A stretch of DNA of 56,684 nt, from assembly GCA_964470815.1 (NCBI GenBank), contig CAYYEH010000010.1, forward strand, positions 1 to 56,684, given 5' to 3'. Origin of the DNA: an uncultured Rikenella sp. GTDB lineage: Bacteria; Bacteroidota; Bacteroidia; Bacteroidales; VadinHA17. The position numbers and the translations under genes are program-made. Shown piece by piece: positions 17,894-27,337 of the stretch (positions are counted from its first letter, which is position 1; every line of letters begins with the position of its first letter). The notes under the pieces were generated by a model. The model ran no database searches and was not told the DNA's origin. It worked only from the letters and a program-made list of their open reading frames with translations.

Positions 17894-18586
17894 CAATAAC
17901 GAATCATGCAGGTGTCTCAGGTAATCCATATCCCGGGCAGGGATATGGGGTACGGGAGGAGTCAGCTCCTCCGGCGGACCGGCAATCAGCATATATATTA
18001 AAGGTATCAGTGTAAAGGGGCTGAGTGCTGCCATCTGGCTTGAAGGAATCTGTCCCTTCTCGTAGGCCTCCATCCTTTGTCTCTGCCTGAGAATTTCATA
18101 GTTTGTTGCAGGGTCACCAAGCTCCGGGGCGTTGACCAGTCCCTGGTAGACTGCCATCCGGAGGTTATTTGTGGCATTTATCATTTCCTGGTTCGGAGCT
18201 GGCCGATCTGCCAGTATTTCGGCTCTTATGTTCCCGATACGGGGCATGACAATCACTGCCGGAATCATTGTGGTGTCAGCAGTGAGATAAATGCCGGCGG
18301 TATACTCTTTAGCCCTGAGGGTATCATGCACCGTCATGCTGAAATGGCGGTAGCCTATGCAGCTGAATGTAATGGTATCATGATGATGTGCGTATACCGA
18401 GAACATGCCTCTGTTGTCAGTGGCGCCGGCGGTACGGCCGCTGACGACATAGTGTGCATCAGGCAGCGGCTGGCGGGTTGAAGCATCAAGGATTATACCG
18501 TGAAACAGTACAACTCCGGGCTGCTGGGCCTGGATCCCGGGATCTGGAGGAAAGAAGAGGCTGACTGAAAGCAGGATAATCTGCAA
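17882..18586 (-). CDS. Secreted protein with carboxypeptidase-regulatory-like domain
   Basis: G.ILDAST..PLPDA...GATDNRG.F...DTITFSCIGY. Start uncertain: TTG 18586 just after the nitroreductase stop, or ATG 18634. Confidence 0.7.
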   Translation of the reverse strand: MQIILLSVSLFFPPDPGIQAQQPGVVLFHGIILDASTRQPLPDAHYVVSGRTAGATDNRGMFSVYAHHHDTITFSCIGYRHFSMTVHDTLRAKEYTAGIYLTADTTMIPAVIVMPRIGNIRAEILADRPAPNQEMINATNNLRMAVYQGLVNAPELGDPATNYEILRQRQRMEAYEKGQIPSSQMAALSPFTLIPLIYMLIAGPPEELTPPVPHIPARDMDYLRHLHDSLLIRH

Positions 18587-18590
18587 CGGC

Positions 18591-19163
18591 TTACCTGCGA
18601 AGAATGATCTCGTCAAGCGTCCTCTTCGGAACATGGTGAACGCTTTTCTCATCTCTCCAGTATTTAACGTCGTTATTGCTGATAGTCTCAAGGACCACCT
18701 CTTCCACTGGTTTGCCGATGGCAAGAACAAGCAGTACCTCAAACTGTTTTGGTATGTCAAGCGCAGACCTGAGTCTCTCCTTCTTGACAGAGGCGATGAT
18801 ACATCCGCCGAGACCCGCTTCTGTGGCGCCGAGCATGATGCTCTGGGCGGCGATACCGTGATCAACGCCAAACGATTCGGATATCTCCTTGTCTCCAAGG
18901 ATGATGATGTAGCCGGAAGGCCTCTCGGCGGGTTCCGGTCCTTCCCATGTTGTCAGGTACCCGGCCCAGGCCAGGCAGGGATAGACAACTTCGCGCTGTG
19001 CAGGGTCAGTGACAAGGATATATTTCAGTGGTTGCCGGTTTGCGCCTGAAGCTGACAGGCGAGCAAGGTCAACCAGTCTGACCAGAGTATCGGTTGTTAC
19101 CTGGTGGCTGCCATCAAACCGACGGTAAGTACGTGTTTTTTCAATCAGGGTCTGGAGATTCAT
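18591..19163 (-). CDS. Nitroreductase family protein
   Basis: RTYRRFD, ARLSASGANRQPL, GIAAQSIMLGA.E.GLGGC. ATG 19163 is preferred. Confidence 0.9.
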   Translation of the reverse strand: MNLQTLIEKTRTYRRFDGSHQVTTDTLVRLVDLARLSASGANRQPLKYILVTDPAQREVVYPCLAWAGYLTTWEGPEPAERPSGYIIILGDKEISESFGVDHGIAAQSIMLGATEAGLGGCIIASVKKERLRSALDIPKQFEVLLVLAIGKPVEEVVLETISNNDVKYWRDEKSVHHVPKRTLDEIILRR

Positions 19164-19189
19164 AGTCGGAATTTTGGCCAAAGATAGGG

Positions 19190-19217
19190 AAAAAAAGCAG
19201 CCCCTCACCGGGGCTGC
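19190..19217 (-). terminator. Intrinsic terminator after sod
   Basis: 8-bp stem GCAGCCCC/GGGGCTGC followed by U7 on the minus strand. Confidence 0.8.
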
Positions 19218-19225
19218 CATAACAG

Positions 19226-19819
19226 TTATTTCTTCAGCGCTTCATCATATCGTTCGCCTATGATCTTCCAGTCGAGCAATTCCCAGAACCCATTGATATA
19301 GTCAGGTCTCCTGTTCCTGTAGTCAATATAGTATGCATGCTCCCAGACATCGCATGTCATCAGTGGCACCAGCCCTGACCTGAGGGGATTGCCCGCATTT
19401 GATTCCTGAGTAATGGTGAGACGGCCGTCAGGTTTCATGCAGAGCCAGGCCCATCCCGAACCGAAAAGGGTTGTGGCGGCCTTTGTAAATGCCTCCCTGA
19501 AACCCTCGAGTGAGCCATATTCAGCATTAATGGCTTTTGCTATCGTTCCTGATGGTGTCTTTTTACCTGAAGGTGAGAATGTTGCAAAGTAAAAAGTATG
19601 ATTCCAGACCTGTGCGGCATTATTGAATATGCCGCCTTCTGCCTTCCGGATCATCGTTTCAAGTGTGGCTTCCTCAAAGGGAGACCCCGGCAGCAGGTTG
19701 TTGAGGTTATTCACATAGGCGAGATGATGCTTGCCGTGGTGGTACTCAAGTGTCTCTGCGCTCAGGTGGGGTGCCAGGTCACCGGCTGCATATCCAATTG
19801 GGGGGAGTTCATATTTCAT
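19226..19819 (-). CDS. sodB: Fe/Mn superoxide dismutase
   Basis: HHGKHH, NNAAQVWNH, FGSGWAWL and DVWEHAYY. Confidence 0.95.
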   Translation of the reverse strand: MKYELPPIGYAAGDLAPHLSAETLEYHHGKHHLAYVNNLNNLLPGSPFEEATLETMIRKAEGGIFNNAAQVWNHTFYFATFSPSGKKTPSGTIAKAINAEYGSLEGFREAFTKAATTLFGSGWAWLCMKPDGRLTITQESNAGNPLRSGLVPLMTCDVWEHAYYIDYRNRRPDYINGFWELLDWKIIGERYDEALKK

Positions 19820-19882
19820 GGCCTGCTCAGATTATTAAGAAATACATGTAAATATACTAAAATGTGAGGATCTTTTGTCTGC

Positions 19883-20713
19883 TCAGAGCAGAAATATCCT
19901 TTCGGGAAGCGGGTCAGTCACTCCTTTCTCCCGTGCAACGGCGAAGAGCCGTTCAATGGCCTTACGTCCCTCCTCTCCCAGGGTGAGACTGAAGTCGTTG
20001 ACATATAACTTTATGTGGTCGCGGGTCACTTCCGGATCGGTCTCTCGGGCGTGCTGCCTGATAAATCCGACTGACTCTCCCGGATTGGAACGGGCGTATT
20101 CTATGCTTCGCCGTATGGCCCTGTTCACTTTTTCCGCCGTGGACTGGTCAAGGTTCCGGTTTGTCACAATGCAGCCGAGAGGGGCCGGCATACCGGTCAT
20201 CTCCTCCCACATGGCGCCGGTGTCGGCAACCAGGGATAAACCCATCTTCCTGTAGGTGAAGCGGGTCTCGTGTATTATCAGCCCGGCATCAGCCTCCCCT
20301 GACAGAACCGCTTCGGGGATATCCGAGAATAGGTATTCGCGCTTGTGTATGGCCTTTGGCCAGAATATGCTGAAATAGAGGTTTGCTGAGGTGAGCCGCC
20401 CGGGTATCGCAATCAGTGCATCTTCCAGTTCATCAGGCCAGATCTTCCGTCTGCTTACCACCAGAGGGCCGTTGTTTCTGCCCAGGGCACTGCCCGAATC
20501 GAGGATCAGGTACCCTGATGCAGCACGGGCATATGCATGGAAGCTCATTTTGGTGATGTCAACGCTACCCTCCATGGCCCTGCGATTGAGTTCCTCCACA
20601 TCTGCCAGGAACCAGTCGAATTCCAGCCCCTCCGTATCAACCCTGCCGTGTACCAGAGCTTCGAAAATGAAGGTGTCATTCGGGCAGGGAGAAAAACCAA
20701 GATTCAGTTTCAT
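19883..20713 (-). CDS. mqnD: 1,4-dihydroxy-6-naphthoate synthase
   Basis: LGFSPCPNDTFIF, DVEELN, GSALG.NNGPL, IIHE.RFTY, HI.LYVN.F. Confidence 0.93.
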   Translation of the reverse strand: MKLNLGFSPCPNDTFIFEALVHGRVDTEGLEFDWFLADVEELNRRAMEGSVDITKMSFHAYARAASGYLILDSGSALGRNNGPLVVSRRKIWPDELEDALIAIPGRLTSANLYFSIFWPKAIHKREYLFSDIPEAVLSGEADAGLIIHETRFTYRKMGLSLVADTGAMWEEMTGMPAPLGCIVTNRNLDQSTAEKVNRAIRRSIEYARSNPGESVGFIRQHARETDPEVTRDHIKLYVNDFSLTLGEEGRKAIERLFAVAREKGVTDPLPERIFLL

Positions 20714-20796
20714 GATTATTGGGTCAATCGGAGATCAGTCTCTAGCTTCAGGTATCATGCCTTTATGATATCAACCCGGAGGTCTCCTTTTTGTTT

Positions 20797-21597
20797 TCAG
20801 AATGATGTTTCTTTTGCTATCAGTTCAAGCAGCTGAGTCATTTTTTCCCGGAGGTTGCGGAGAGCGAGTGGTATATCCCAGTTCTTCAGGTTACGGGGTT
20901 CCACCATGTTTGAAACAGCCCTTACCGATAACCAGGGTATACCTGAAAGGGTGCATGCATAAGCGAGCCAGGCACCCTCCATTGTCTCTATTTCCGGGCT
21001 CCACGTCATGCGTATGCGTTCTATCACTGCCGGTGATCCTGAAGCCATGTTAACCGTTGCTGCATCGGCAGCCGGCATGACACCCGCTGCCAGATCATAC
21101 CATCTGCCGCTGCACCTTATACGACCTCCGCTGAAGGGGGGAGTGTCAGGTTCGGCAAGGCCGGCGCTGAAAAGTGGAATGAAATGACCGTTGTCATCAA
21201 TGCCCATGTCGGCAAAGCAGTCAGTTTTGGCAACAACCACCGTGCCAGGGGGGAGCGACATTACATAGCTCCCGGCTATACCGGCGCCAATCACCAGTGA
21301 GGGAAACGGACGTGCATTGCTGATCCCGGGGATTGTTCCGGGGGGAGTACCCTCAGAACGGACGGGTATTTTCGTGCTGCCGGGAGGAGTGCCGGCAGAA
21401 CGGGCGGGTGTTTTCGTGCTGCCGGGAGAGGCGGCCATGGCGAATCTCTTCTGCAGCGCCCATGACATTGCGGCCCCTCCCACCCCGGTGATGATAATCT
21501 CACATCGGCAGCCTGCAACGGCTGCCGCCTGCCGCACCGTCTCTTCTTCGGACGGGTGGGCAACGGCAATGAGGATCTCCGCATACTCTTTATTCAC
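20797..21597 (-). CDS. mqnB: Futalosine hydrolase with a Pro/Thr-rich insertion
   Basis: ITGVG, GIAGSY, ETMEGA, VRAVSN.VEPR...WDIPLAL. Adjacent to mqnD. Confidence 0.85.
   Translation of the reverse strand: MNKEYAEILIAVAHPSEEETVRQAAAVAGCRCEIIITGVGGAAMSWALQKRFAMAASPGSTKTPARSAGTPPGSTKIPVRSEGTPPGTIPGISNARPFPSLVIGAGIAGSYVMSLPPGTVVVAKTDCFADMGIDDNGHFIPLFSAGLAEPDTPPFSGGRIRCSGRWYDLAAGVMPAADAATVNMASGSPAVIERIRMTWSPEIETMEGAWLAYACTLSGIPWLSVRAVSNMVEPRNLKNWDIPLALRNLREKMTQLLELIAKETSF
21344..21427. repeat. 42-bp in-frame tandem duplication in mqnB
   Basis: 21344-21385 and 21386-21427 are identical at 37 of 42 positions. Confidence 0.9.
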
Positions 21598-21679
21598 CTG
21601 CTGTATCAGTTGGAGAGATAAATATATTATTTTTGAACAAAATAGTCCTTCAAAAGGTCAACCATTTATAATTACGGAA

Positions 21680-22090
21680 ATGATCTATCTGACCAGAAGG
21701 GAAAGGTTCAGCGCTGCACACAGGATGTACCGTCCCGGCCTCAGCGATGAGGAGAACAAGAGGATCTACGGCAAATGCTCAAACCCCATGTGGCACGGTC
21801 ACAATTATGTGCTCAAGGTGACCGTAAAGGGTGAGGCTGACCCGGAGACCGGTTATTTCATGAATGCCACCCGGCTGAAGGAGATAATGACCGAGAAGGT
21901 TGTGGTCAAGCTTGACCACAGGAACATGAACCTGGAGACCGATTTCATGCTGGGTAAGGTAGCTACCACGGAGAATCTGGCGATGGCCATCTGGGGTGAA
22001 CTGGAGGAGCCGCTGGCAGCAGAAGGGGCAATTCTTCACTGCGTAAGGGTGGAAGAGACGGAAAATAACTATGTTGAATATTACGGATAA
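21680..22090 (+). CDS. queD: 6-carboxytetrahydropterin synthase (PTPS/QueD family)
   Basis: [37 protein letters not shown]. Confidence 0.9.
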   Translation: MIYLTRRERFSAAHRMYRPGLSDEENKRIYGKCSNPMWHGHNYVLKVTVKGEADPETGYFMNATRLKEIMTEKVVVKLDHRNMNLETDFMLGKVATTENLAMAIWGELEEPLAAEGAILHCVRVEETENNYVEYYG

Positions 22091-22092
22091 CC

Positions 22093-22728
22093 ATGGAAAA
22101 ACTCAATGACGGCAGCGGAAAGCTGTCAGACGGCTACAACAAGATCGAGAAATGGAATCCTGAAGTCATAGAGGAGATGTCGGGATATTACTACAAGATA
22201 CTCAAGCTACTTGGGGAGGATCCTGACAGGGAGGGACTGGCAAAGACTCCGGAGAGGGTTGCCAAGGCACTCAGTTTCCTGACGCGAGGATACCAGTCAA
22301 ACCCGGAGGAGATACTACGGAGTGCAATGTTCAGGGAGGAGTACAGGCAGATGGTGATAGTGAAGGATATCGACATCTATTCAATGTGCGAGCATCATAT
22401 GCTGCCTTTTCACGGCAAGGCTCATGTGGCATACATCCCTGACGGTTATATCACCGGGCTGAGCAAGATAGCCAGGGTGGTGGAGACCTATTCAGCGAGG
22501 CTTCAGGTACAGGAGAGACTTACCACCCAGATCCGCAACTGTATACAGGAGAACCTGAAGCCGCTGGGGGTGGCGGTGGTCATCGAGGCACAGCACATGT
22601 GCATGCAGATCAGGGGTGTACAGAAACAGAACTCTGTCACCACCACCTCAGCTTTCACCGGCTGTTTTCTCTCAAACCTGAACACGCGTGAGGAGTTTAT
22701 GCATCTTATAGCCAGCAGGCTTCACTGA
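22093..22728 (+). CDS. folE: GTP cyclohydrolase I
   Basis: [40 protein letters not shown]. Confidence 0.97.
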   Translation: MEKLNDGSGKLSDGYNKIEKWNPEVIEEMSGYYYKILKLLGEDPDREGLAKTPERVAKALSFLTRGYQSNPEEILRSAMFREEYRQMVIVKDIDIYSMCEHHMLPFHGKAHVAYIPDGYITGLSKIARVVETYSARLQVQERLTTQIRNCIQENLKPLGVAVVIEAQHMCMQIRGVQKQNSVTTTSAFTGCFLSNLNTREEFMHLIASRLH

Positions 22729-22761
22729 TAACTTTTTATTGACACCACATCTGATTTAACT

Positions 22762-23649
22762 ATGAAGGCGTTTGTATTCCCCGGGCAGGGGGCGCAGTAC
22801 CCGGGTATGGGAAAGGATCTCTATGAGAACTACCCTGTGGCGCGCGATATTTTTGAAAAGGCCAATGCACAGCTTGGCTTCCGTATAACTGACACCATGT
22901 TTTCAGGCACTGATGAGGAGCTGAGGCAGACGCGGGTGACACAGCCTGCCATCTTCCTTCACTCGGTGGTTCTTACATCTGTGGCCGGCAGCGCATTTGT
23001 GCCTGCGATGGTTGCAGGACACTCACTGGGGGAGTTTTCCGCGCTGGTGGCTGCCGGCGCCCTCTCCTTCGAAGAGGGGCTGGCACTCGTTGCCGGCAGG
23101 GCATCAGCCATGCAGCGTGCCTGCGGCATCAATCCCTCAACCATGGCTGCCATCCTGGGCATGGATGATACAATGGTGGAGGAGGTATGTGCCGCACTGA
23201 ATGAGACCGTGGTGCCGGCCAACTACAACAGTCCCGGCCAGATAGTCATCTCCGGCACCATGGAGGGGGTGGCGGCAGCCACAGAAGAGCTCAGGAAACG
23301 TGGCGCCAGGCGGATAGTGCCGCTGTCAGTAAGCGGCGGCTTCCACTCACCATGCATGGAACCGGCAAGACAGGAACTGGAAGAGGCAATAAGGAAGGCA
23401 CGGTTCAGCCGCCCGGTATGCCCGGTCTACCAGAACGTATCCGGATTACCTGTGACCGAACCACAGGAGATAATGGCAAACCTGATAGCCCAGCTAACCT
23501 CACCGGTGCGGTGGACACAGACCGTTCAGCAGATGACAGCCGACGGCGCAACTGAATTCATTGAAGCGGGGCCTGGCAACGTACTGCAGGGGCTGATCAA
23601 AAAGATAAACCCGGCTGTGACGGCCACACCGCTTGCCATTAACGGCTGA
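22762..23649 (+). CDS. fabD: Malonyl-CoA:ACP transacylase
   Basis: FPGQGAQ, TQPAI, GHSLGE, FHSP.M, PVRW. Confidence 0.97.
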   Translation: MKAFVFPGQGAQYPGMGKDLYENYPVARDIFEKANAQLGFRITDTMFSGTDEELRQTRVTQPAIFLHSVVLTSVAGSAFVPAMVAGHSLGEFSALVAAGALSFEEGLALVAGRASAMQRACGINPSTMAAILGMDDTMVEEVCAALNETVVPANYNSPGQIVISGTMEGVAAATEELRKRGARRIVPLSVSGGFHSPCMEPARQELEEAIRKARFSRPVCPVYQNVSGLPVTEPQEIMANLIAQLTSPVRWTQTVQQMTADGATEFIEAGPGNVLQGLIKKINPAVTATPLAING

Positions 23650-23757
23650 AGGCGCTGAACTGCCCCGGGTGACAGGGCCAGATATCAACAGATATCCATG
23701 CTGATGAATGAGAGACCGGCAGTCATAAGCTGATTGAGGGGATCCCTCCCCTGCAGG

Positions 23758-26700
23758 TCATTCTCCCTCTGATATCACTGCCATCCCTATCTTGCCATCC
23801 ATCCTGATAATCAGGGGCCTGGAGAACCTTACATGCCTGAACCAGGTCCCTTTGCCTGTCTCCGGCATCTTTCGCAGTTTATCCCACATGATCACCCCTT
23901 CAGCGGTGGCTTCGTTCACGGCAAGGTAGCCTATTCTCATGGAAGTGACATTATGGAAGAAATGAGAGCCCTGTGAAGCATCGATATGGAAATTCGGCAT
24001 GCTCACCTCCACTATTATCCTTGCATTGGATATCTGGGGCCACTCTACGGGTATTCCCAGGAAACGGTCCTTGGTACCCCATCGTCCTGGACCGATGAGG
24101 ACATATTTTTTTCCCTCGGCCAGCATCTGCCTGTTGATGGCATCGATCTCTGCCGCCATTTCGTTGGTCTTCAGATTGTCAAACGTCTCAGGCTCAACAT
24201 AGATTATATCGGTTATCCCTTCTACCAGCCCGTTGCCCATGCTCTTTCTTGAGACAAGAAGTGTTTCTTCCGTATAGACACTCTCAGGGTCGATAGAATA
24301 ACCGGCGCCGCTTCCAACCAGGGGTTTTATCTGCAACAGGTAAAAGGTGGCCTTTCCCTCTTCGTCCTTTGTAAGGTCAACGGCATATTCGATCTCCACG
24401 GGTGCCCCGAAGGCTTCCCTTACCACTTCCAGAACCGTTTTAAGGGTTCGTGCAAGGGGCATGTAGTCATACTTCAGGATATTTGCGAAGTTGACCACTC
24501 TCGGGCCGGGCACCCCTAATCCGGGCACAAGAGTATCATTGTCAATACTGTATACTGAAACGGAATGGGTCAGAGTGCCGTCTCTCTCTGCCCTGGAGAT
24601 ATCAAGTTTCACCAGGCCGGCATTCTCCCCGAGCAGAAGGTCAACCTCGCTGCGTGCCAGGTTTACTGCATAAAATTCTGTCTGTGAATAGCGCATCAGG
24701 TCCCTGATGGAGACTATATCGAGGGCGGGGTATGCAGGTGAGAACCTGAAGGCTCTCTCCCCGTCAAGCACATACTGTCCCAGTCCCACGGCAGCCACGG
24801 CAAAGCCATCGTGAGTGGTCATGCTGGCCACCGGGTAGAAATTGAACGATTGAGCCGTTCCGCTTATATGAGGATAAAAGATGTCACCGTACCTGTTGCC
24901 CACTACAGCCTGTATAACCACCGCCATCTTCTCCTGTTCGATCTTGTAGTTTACTGCCTCAAAATAGATACGGGAGTTGTCAGAGTAAATTGAGGAGAAA
25001 ACGAGCTTGATGGCCCCGATGAGCTGCATAAGCCTCACTTCAGGGTCAGGATGGTTGTTTGGCAGGAGGTATGTGCCGAAGATGCCCGAGAAGGGCTGGC
25101 TCAGTGAGTCCTCGAAGAGGCTGGATGACCTCACTGCCAGAGGTCTGGAATTAAGCCTGATGAATACCCTGAGTTTGTGTTCCAGGTCATCGCTGAGAGT
25201 GCCGGCCAGGAAGTGCTTCTGCAGGACGGTAAAATCCTTTTCCCGGCTGACCACTTCCCACAGCCGGTTCGTATCCATGAACTGGTCGAACTCATCGGTA
25301 CCGATGATGGCGGTGACCGGTGTCCGGATATTGATGCCGGGGAGCAGGCGTCCCAGCTCGAAGCTGTAGATAAGTGTGCTTATGAATGCCAGGCCACGTC
25401 CTTTTCCTCCTAGGGAGCCGCCGGCAAAACTAACCACGTTTGATTCGTCTATCATTACAGACTCGTCGAAGTTCACCACCTTGCCCTTGTTCATCTCCCG
25501 GCGCCGTTTGCGTATGATATCGAGGAGAAACTCCCTCATCTCCCTGAGGCTGTTGAAGTCAGACACCTTGACCGGGTTGATCATCTTGGCTATCTTCACC
25601 TCTCCCCTGGCCATCAGCCAGAGTGAGAAGTGGTTTTTCATCGCATGATAAACGAGTGAGTCTTCGGGAACAGTCTTGAGGAATGCTTCAAACTCTTTCA
25701 TCGATTTGGCCACGGCTATCTGTCGCCCCTTGGTGTCACGGTAGACAAAATGGCCGAAGCCGAGGTAATATGTAATGAATGACTTGAGATCCTGCAGAAG
25801 TGTTTCGGAGTTCTTGTTGATGAAGCTGGCCTTGAGTTCCGCTGCCCACCGGGCGTTCTCGGGGTCAGATGACTGCAGTACGGTAGGCAGGTTTGGCTGG
25901 TCCTCCCGCAGGAGCCTGATCATTTCAAAGCCTGCCATTTTGTAAAGCTCGCCATTCCTGGGGAAACGCATGTCAGAGATGACCCCCAGCAGGCGGTCCT
26001 TATACTTGGTGTAGATTGCCATTGCCTCCTCCCAGTTTGTAGCCAGGAGTATCTTGGGTCTGGCCCTCAGCTTGAGCACCTTGTAAAGTTCATCCGCAGA
26101 TACGTCTTCAATGAGTATGCGTGTCTGCTCCAGCACCAGGCTGTAAAGCATCGGCACATAGCTGGAATAGTAATCAGGTGCATCCTCTATTATCAGTATC
26201 ACCCTTGTCAGCCCCTTCTCCGTGTCATTGCCCACATTCACCTTGTCCTCAAGCAGCTTTGCCATGGCGAAGAAAACGCGTGACTCACCGGTCCATACGA
26301 AGAGGTTGTCATACGGAACGCCCTGCTTCCTCTGATCCTGTACGAAGGGGATATCTCCCGGATTATTAAGCAGGAGGTATGTAGGGATGTAAGGATATTT
26401 CTCCTTCAACTTGCGGCAGAGGCTCATAGGGTTGACCTTGTCAACGCCTACCATGATAATGATCATATCATAATGTCTCGCCTCGAGGCGTGAGAAGGCC
26501 TCATCCTCACCTGAGACCCCGGTAATGCGGGGGATAGTAGTAAGACTCATCTGGTAGTATTCTCCGAGCATATAGTCGGAGAAACGCCCCTCTCCCTCGA
26601 TGGAATAGGCATCATAAAGACTGGCTACCAGCAGTATCTCTCTGACCATGAAAGGCATAAGGTCATGAAAGACATCCCTCTCCGCATTATGCCTGTCAAG

Positions 26701-27204
26701 GAACTGCTGCAGCAGTTTTCTGATCGACTGGTTTTCAGGGTCATTCAGCTCAGTCAGCCCGGTATTCCTGTCTGATTCAGGTGGAGAGTCGGCTGCCAGG
26801 CTGTTTATATATCCGGTGATAAGGCAGGCAAACCTTGAGAGGAGCTCTCGTTCTTCCTTCTGGAACGGGCCATCATCCTCCGGGAGGAAGGGGAGTATGT
26901 AGCATACTTCCACCATCCCTTCACCTCCCAGGGCTCTGAATCCCCGTGATATCTTCCACCCTGTTTCGGTGAACCCCGGTGTTTCATAGCTCCTGCCGCG
27001 ATAGATGATGCGGGCAACGGTATAACCAGGGTACTGGAACGCCTCCGGCAATCCCAGAACAAGATGCATGAGTGTCTCATCCACGGGTTTGCGTTCCTTC
27101 AGAATCTGGGTGGCGCGGTTAATACATGCCAGTTCCTTGAGGCGTTCCTGCTGGTTATGAACATCACGCGTAAAGCCGGTACCGGGGTCAGGACAATCAG
27201 TCAT
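23758..27204 (-). CDS. PEP/pyruvate-binding (PPDK_N ATP-grasp) domain protein with GAF-like and receiver-like N-terminal domains
   Basis: ERLKELACI...FQYP; ILIIED and VISDMRFP receiver parts; GGKGRGL, VRSSSLFED, YLLQIKP and GSHFFHN. Start uncertain (27204 or 27297). Confidence 0.8.
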   Translation of the reverse strand: MTDCPDPGTGFTRDVHNQQERLKELACINRATQILKERKPVDETLMHLVLGLPEAFQYPGYTVARIIYRGRSYETPGFTETGWKISRGFRALGGEGMVEVCYILPFLPEDDGPFQKEERELLSRFACLITGYINSLAADSPPESDRNTGLTELNDPENQSIRKLLQQFLDRHNAERDVFHDLMPFMVREILLVASLYDAYSIEGEGRFSDYMLGEYYQMSLTTIPRITGVSGEDEAFSRLEARHYDMIIIMVGVDKVNPMSLCRKLKEKYPYIPTYLLLNNPGDIPFVQDQRKQGVPYDNLFVWTGESRVFFAMAKLLEDKVNVGNDTEKGLTRVILIIEDAPDYYSSYVPMLYSLVLEQTRILIEDVSADELYKVLKLRARPKILLATNWEEAMAIYTKYKDRLLGVISDMRFPRNGELYKMAGFEMIRLLREDQPNLPTVLQSSDPENARWAAELKASFINKNSETLLQDLKSFITYYLGFGHFVYRDTKGRQIAVAKSMKEFEAFLKTVPEDSLVYHAMKNHFSLWLMARGEVKIAKMINPVKVSDFNSLREMREFLLDIIRKRRREMNKGKVVNFDESVMIDESNVVSFAGGSLGGKGRGLAFISTLIYSFELGRLLPGINIRTPVTAIIGTDEFDQFMDTNRLWEVVSREKDFTVLQKHFLAGTLSDDLEHKLRVFIRLNSRPLAVRSSSLFEDSLSQPFSGIFGTYLLPNNHPDPEVRLMQLIGAIKLVFSSIYSDNSRIYFEAVNYKIEQEKMAVVIQAVVGNRYGDIFYPHISGTAQSFNFYPVASMTTHDGFAVAAVGLGQYVLDGERAFRFSPAYPALDIVSIRDLMRYSQTEFYAVNLARSEVDLLLGENAGLVKLDISRAERDGTLTHSVSVYSIDNDTLVPGLGVPGPRVVNFANILKYDYMPLARTLKTVLEVVREAFGAPVEIEYAVDLTKDEEGKATFYLLQIKPLVGSGAGYSIDPESVYTEETLLVSRKSMGNGLVEGITDIIYVEPETFDNLKTNEMAAEIDAINRQMLAEGKKYVLIGPGRWGTKDRFLGIPVEWPQISNARIIVEVSMPNFHIDASQGSHFFHNVTSMRIGYLAVNEATAEGVIMWDKLRKMPETGKGTWFRHVRFSRPLIIRMDGKIGMAVISEGE

Positions 27205-27337
27205 CTGGGCTTGAGGTAAAGATGATGCCAAAATACACAAAAAGAGAATAGAATGTAACAGCCGGCCCCCCCTGAGAGGTGACCGGCTGATTATCATGGA
27301 CGGGCTGCTTCCGGCAGCCTCCGCGTTATTGCTGCAA

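Noticed and set aside
18587-18898. N-terminal extension of the 338-aa ORF
   Set aside because: It overlaps the nitroreductase on the same strand, and homology-like sequence starts only near 18586.
21317-21679. N-terminal extension of queD
   Set aside because: It is the antisense shadow of the mqnB repeat. The real start is ATG 21680.
11462-23690. GATATCAAC in three intergenic regions (about 11509, 20768 and 23682) and a 30-nt imperfect repeat at 11462-11519
   Set aside because: A short post hoc match with no consistent position relative to promoters.
27205-27297. Signal-peptide-like extension of the dikinase-like ORF
   Set aside because: The domains are cytoplasmic, and the region looks like a UTR with hairpins and T-rich promoter-like sequence.
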